A DNA stretch of 64,000 bases from an uncultured bacterium (lineage in GTDB: Bacteria; Deinococcota; Deinococci; Deinococcales; Trueperaceae): assembly GCA_964496495.1 (NCBI GenBank), contig CAZBZU010000012.1, positions 1-64,000 of the forward strand, read 5' to 3'. Position 1 is the stretch's first letter, and every line of letters starts with the position of its first letter. Shown piece after piece: positions 60,801-64,000 of this stretch. Below the pieces are notes generated by a model. The model made no database searches and was not told the DNA's origin. It worked only from the letters and a program-made list of their open reading frames with translations. The translations under genes were made by a program, and so were the position numbers.

Positions 60801-61016
60801 CCCCACCACGGCACCGCGCACCGCCCGTCCGAGCTGGCCGGTAGGCAGCGACGGCAGCACCACCCCCAGCAGGAAGATGCCGCCCGCGAGCAACACCAGC
60901 CCGATGGCCTCCAGGTCGAGCTGGACGCGCCTTCTCCTTCGTTTGCCCTTCCGCCTCCCGGCCACGTGAGGTAGTTTATCGCGGCGCGAACGTGGCGCAC
61001 GAGAAAATCGGGACAT
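57852..61016 (-). CDS. ftsK: DNA translocase FtsK
   Basis: 1054 aa from ATG 61016. N-terminal four TM helices, ~550-aa Ala/Arg/Glu-rich linker, motor domain with Walker A GSTGSGKS and Walker B, C-terminal gamma wHTH domain. Confidence 0.9.
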   Translation of the reverse strand: MSRFSRAPRSRRDKLPHVAGRRKGKRRRRRVQLDLEAIGLVLLAGGIFLLGVVLPSLPTGQLGRAVRGAVVGRVGWGAYALPVPLLVLGGLFLLRRSPRWWPRLLLGYLLAVAGAWGVVVMVALPHTGAYGQALRARLSGAWGALAVVPAVIVASIGLDLLFGLAPTRLLRGFLLALVEGVRGGVKTLLTARRRARERASFLADVALARRALLALDRDLQALSTLYPGSGELERWRGEVHAAVKRLGSDPEPAILADARADLKAWQNAVRDFARDRAGEMVEQLKAEGAQPPQEGDDLAAGGRAAAWRRAGTFDAWSRALKSALDDAVTGRCQASRAVDRLRKTLALDLTGLLERHRRLTRERDLDQRALKGMSPQELARASTDHGRRLAAYVRIEADASRLGRDAEALEPWRELIGELEELAASYPDADEVTELDAGLAAELDGRGVEALADLSGWLEALRSVAARVEAAAREAPAEEEDTAVAWAARDAPVAAAGLAEGAGEAPEHELPPWLPEASGSAPATQAVAADPELEAALLDAGVLEHAGNGREREAPGAAEPPGAAEPLPEFGGIPIQVPPVDLLDEPEAAVEDRGALVREHRERVGKIDATLSSFNLQGRVVAAVRGPTVTRFEVEPAPGEKIARFANLSDDLALAMAVGSVRIEAPIPGKSVIGLEVPNANRELVRFREAAESGSFRRSKARLPIILGKSIDGEMVVGDLVKMPHLLIAGSTGSGKSVAVNTLIGSLLYRFLPTELRLLMVDPKMVELTPFDGVPHLLRNVVTNPTDAAGVLLGAVAHMERRYKMMSKVGAKNLDQYNEKARNLDLPELPFIVVVIDELADLMITSPKEVESAIMRLAQMARATGMHLILATQRPSVDILTSLIKVNVPARMAFAVSSSHDSRTILDSMGAERLIGLGDMLFYQPGLVKAVRLQGPFVSEREVGRLGAFLRRQYFDDDFVEAYGADFDPPSSFESDASGLIDWNDDKLRTAAELVVNEGQASVSRLQRRLQVGHARAGKLMDSLEALGVVGPHQGSKPREVLVEFEELPNVFGK

Positions 61017-61089
61017 CGCGGTGGGGTAACATGGCCCGTCCTGCACGCCTCTCATCGGCACGCACCGGCGACCCGCCCGACCTCGGACC

Positions 61090-63543
61090 ATGCAGCGAGA
61101 GCCTACCGACCCCGACCCCGCCAGCCGCGCCGCGCGCCGCGGCCGCTGGCGCCGCGTCCGGCGCCGGCCCGCGATCTGGTGCGCCCTGGCGCTCGGCCTC
61201 TACCTCGTCGGCGTGGCGCTCGGATGGCCGCGGGAGTGGCTGGGCGTGCTGCTCGTGATCCCCCTCATGATCACCGCCACCGGCCTCGGCTGGCGCGTGG
61301 CGTGGCCGCTGCTCCCCATCGGCGTGGCGCTTGCCTGGCTGCGAGACCGCGTCGCCGGCACGCCGACGACGGTGTCCGCGCTGGTGGGCCTGCCGCTGCT
61401 CCTGCTGCTGGCAACCCTGGCCGGCAACGATCTCTTCGTGCTGTGGCACCGGACGGCCCGCCGCGCCCGGGACAACGAGCGCCGAGCGCGGCTGCTGAGC
61501 GAGGCGGCCCTGGCGATGCAACAGGCGCACACGGCCGCCGCTCTCTACCGGGCCATGCCGCGGCTGCTCGCCGACATCCTGGAGTACACCCACGCCGAGG
61601 TGTTCGTTCCGGAGGAGGGCGGGCTGCGGCTGGTGGCGGACAGCGGTACCGAGCTCCCCGCCGACTTCCGGCTGACGACCAGCTCGGTGATGGGCCGTGC
61701 CCTCGCTACCGCCGAGCCGCAGCTGGTGCCCGACACCGGCGCCGAGCCGGCCTACCTAGGAGATCCGCGCTTGCCGGCCAGCCGCAGCGAGGTGGCGTTC
61801 CCCCTCCGCGCCGAGCGCCGCGTCGTCGCCATCCTGAACGTCGAGCACGCGGCGCGCGATGCCTTCGGGGAGGCGGATCTCCGCACCCTGGAGGGGTTCG
61901 TGCGCATCGCCGAGGAGGTGCTGGCGCGCCTGCACGCCCTCGAGCGCCTCGAGCGTCACGGCGCCGAGCAGGCGCTGGTGGCACGGCTCGAGCAGCGCCT
62001 GCTGCAGGCCGAGGGCGCCCGCGAAGCCACCGCGGCGGCGCTGGCCGAGGTGGTGCCTGCGCTCGGCTGCGATGCCGGCATGGTGGTGGTGCTGCGGAAT
62101 GCCAGCCTCTATCCGCTGGCGCTCTTCGGACCCATCCCCGCACCTCTGCGCCGTACCCTCGGCGACGGGGTGCCGTTCCGCGGCCGCATGCGCGAGGTGT
62201 GGGAGACGCACCGGCCCGCCTACATCGAGGACGCCCGCGGCGACGCCAGGCTCGACACCCTCACGCACGCGGCGGGCACGCGCGCCCTCGCCATCCAACC
62301 CATCACCAACGCCGGCCGCGAGATGCAGGCGTTGCTGCTGCTCGCCAACCAGAGCGGGTCACGCCGCTGGACCGATGAGGACCGGCGCACGCTCGACTTC
62401 GTGGCCACCTCGCTGGGCGTCGTGCTCGACCGCGCTACCGTCAACCGCACGCTGGTCGCCATGCTCGACGTGGTGCGCGGGCTCGCGAACGCCGAGGAGC
62501 CCGCCGAGCTCTACCACCGAGCGGCCGCCTCTGCGGTGCGACTCATCCCCGGCGCCGAGGCCGCCACCATCCTGGTTCGTGGCGACGACGGCTTCCGGTT
62601 CGAGGCCGCGGTGGGCTACGACCTCGAGGCGCTCCGGGTCCTGGGACCCTTCGACGACCGCGACGAGCTGGCCTGGTACCACGACGGCGTCGAGGGGTAC
62701 CGTCGCGGTATCCCGCGAGTGGCGCGGGGCACGGCTGTGCACAGCCTCAGCGCAGCCGCCGGTGGCGAGCGATCGACCGCGCACGCCGCCGCGGCGCGCG
62801 TGTCCGAGATCGTGGCCAACATCTGCGTCCCCATCACCGACGGCGGCGAAGCGGTCGCGCTGCTGAACGTGGACAGCTTCTCGAACGAGGGCGCCTTCGG
62901 CTCGTCGGCTCGCCGGCTGGTAGAGGCCTTCGCGCAGCAGGTGGCCGTGATCAAGCGGCAGGCGGAGGCCATGAGGCAGCTGCGCCGTTCGGTGGTCACC
63001 GACCCGCTGACCGGCCTCGGCAACCGCGAGGGCTTCCACCGGCGCCTGGAGCTGGAGCTGGCGCGCGCCAGCCGCTACGGCCACGGGCTCAATATCGTGA
63101 TGCTCGATCTCGACAACTTCAAGCAGGTCAACGACCGCTTCGGGCATCATGCCGGCGACGAGGCGCTGGTGCGCGTCGCGCACGCCCTGCAGCAGGCCAC
63201 TCGCAGCTCCGACGCCGCCTTCCGCTGGGGGGGCGACGAGTTCGTGATGCTGCTGCCGGAGGTCGGCGCCGGCGAGGCGGAGGCCGCGGCCGCCCGCTAC
63301 CTCGACGCCGTCGCCAGCGTGCGGGCCGAGGGCCTGCAGCTGCAGGCGAGCGTGGGCATCGCTCGCTGCCCGGAGGACGGCACGGACCGCGAGACGCTGA
63401 TGAAACGCGCCGACGACCTCATGTACCACACCAAACCGGCTCAGCCGCGCGGTGCCGGCGGGGCGCCGGCCGGCGGTTACTCCCCCCTGTCGCGCGAGGG
63501 GGGCCCCTCGCCGGACGGGGGAGGCGGCGGGACGGTGGCGTAG
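61090..63543 (+). CDS. Membrane-anchored GAF-GAF-GAF-GGDEF diguanylate cyclase
   Basis: 817 aa. Three or four N-terminal TM helices, three GAF-like modules, GGDEF domain with intact [10 protein letters not shown] and RxxD inhibitory-site region. Divergent from ftsK. Confidence 0.85.
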   Translation: MQREPTDPDPASRAARRGRWRRVRRRPAIWCALALGLYLVGVALGWPREWLGVLLVIPLMITATGLGWRVAWPLLPIGVALAWLRDRVAGTPTTVSALVGLPLLLLLATLAGNDLFVLWHRTARRARDNERRARLLSEAALAMQQAHTAAALYRAMPRLLADILEYTHAEVFVPEEGGLRLVADSGTELPADFRLTTSSVMGRALATAEPQLVPDTGAEPAYLGDPRLPASRSEVAFPLRAERRVVAILNVEHAARDAFGEADLRTLEGFVRIAEEVLARLHALERLERHGAEQALVARLEQRLLQAEGAREATAAALAEVVPALGCDAGMVVVLRNASLYPLALFGPIPAPLRRTLGDGVPFRGRMREVWETHRPAYIEDARGDARLDTLTHAAGTRALAIQPITNAGREMQALLLLANQSGSRRWTDEDRRTLDFVATSLGVVLDRATVNRTLVAMLDVVRGLANAEEPAELYHRAAASAVRLIPGAEAATILVRGDDGFRFEAAVGYDLEALRVLGPFDDRDELAWYHDGVEGYRRGIPRVARGTAVHSLSAAAGGERSTAHAAAARVSEIVANICVPITDGGEAVALLNVDSFSNEGAFGSSARRLVEAFAQQVAVIKRQAEAMRQLRRSVVTDPLTGLGNREGFHRRLELELARASRYGHGLNIVMLDLDNFKQVNDRFGHHAGDEALVRVAHALQQATRSSDAAFRWGGDEFVMLLPEVGAGEAEAAAARYLDAVASVRAEGLQLQASVGIARCPEDGTDRETLMKRADDLMYHTKPAQPRGAGGAPAGGYSPLSREGGPSPDGGGGGTVA

Positions 63544-64000
63544 GCTTCCCGGGTGAGCAGGTACTCCTCCAGCACCACCTTCACCAGCGCCACCACCGGG
63601 ACGGCCAGCAACGCACCCACCAGCCCGAACAGGCCCAGGCCCGCGAGGATCGCCAGCAGCACCGTCACGGGGTGCAGGTTGGTGGAGCGCGACAGGATGA
63701 GGGGGCCCAACACGTGGGCCTCGAGCTGGTTCGCCAGGATGAACACCACCACCGCCAGAACGGCGGTCCACGGCCCGACGGTCAACCCGAGAAGCACCGC
63801 GGGAAGCACGCCGATGATCGGGCCGAGGTAGGGCACGAGGTTGAAGATCGCGGCCAGGAAGCTGATGGCCGTAGCCAACGGGACCCCGATGATGCTCAGC
63901 CCGATCCAGATGAGGATGCCCAGGGTGATGGTGATCACCACCTGGCCTCGCAGGTAGCCGCCCACGGCCCGGTCGGCCTTGTCGCTGAGGTCCTCGTAGA
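63477..64000 (-). CDS. AI-2E family transporter (PerM/YhhT-like), C-terminal part; 5' end beyond window
   Basis: In-frame ORF reaching the window edge. TM-rich sequence with the conserved NLVPYLGPIIGVLPAVLLGL block. Its stop overlaps the GGDEF gene 3' end by 67 nt (convergent). Confidence 0.7.
   Translation of the reverse strand, partial: YEDLSDKADRAVGGYLRGQVVITITLGILIWIGLSIIGVPLATAISFLAAIFNLVPYLGPIIGVLPAVLLGLTVGPWTAVLAVVVFILANQLEAHVLGPLILSRSTNLHPVTVLLAILAGLGLFGLVGALLAVPVVALVKVVLEEYLLTREAYATVPPPPPSGEGPPSRDRGE

Overview
High-GC (~70%) chromosomal window, densely coded on both strands, with no rRNA, tRNA, CRISPR array or transposase/integrase detected. Gene content and promoter architecture look Deinococcus-Thermus-like; that is inference only. 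Many genes have a TAnnnT or extended TGnTAnnnT -10 box 6-8 nt upstream of the start codon (leaderless mRNA), and Arg/Pro/Ala-rich proteins typify the spurious alternate frames.

Most of the window is housekeeping:
- transport and metabolism: TRAP transporter dctM fragment plus an orphan dctP, coaX, dcd, ald, NatAB-like ABC exporter, malQ, ppdK, citrate synthase, purA, moaA, thiolase, asparaginase, PfkB kinase;
- DNA and cell division: truB, ruvA, uvrC, FtsK and an mreD-mrdA-minC block;
- amino-acid catabolism and synthesis: branched-chain keto-acid dehydrogenase E1alpha/E1beta/E2 and a DAHP synthase-tyrA pair.

The accessory-looking candidates are:
1. Envelope/signalling cluster at 9365-18236: OmpR-type two-component system with a small secreted protein; a TPR-repeat protein fused to an apparently catalytically degenerate CPBP/CAAX-protease domain; an SseB-like small protein; an 897-aa outer-membrane protein combining an HExxH peptidase-like region, a TolB-like beta-propeller and a C-terminal barrel; and a GT2 glycosyltransferase.
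2. A MoxR AAA+ ATPase - DUF58 (vWA-like) - Ser/Thr kinase operon at 25971-28710.
3. A translationally coupled SPFH - secreted alpha/beta hydrolase - ribbon-helix-helix - bPH_2 membrane protein operon at 2485-5809.
4. A membrane-anchored HRDC-domain protein next to an MgtC/DUF4010 protein at 39923-42003.
5. Two multidomain GGDEF cyclases (CHASE4-HAMP-PAS-GGDEF and GAFx3-GGDEF).
6. A consensus sigma70 promoter driving a leaderless 43-codon Tyr-containing uORF ahead of the DAHP synthase-tyrA pair.

All coordinates from the ORF track are exact. Motif coordinates read by eye from the sequence may be off by 1-2 nt.
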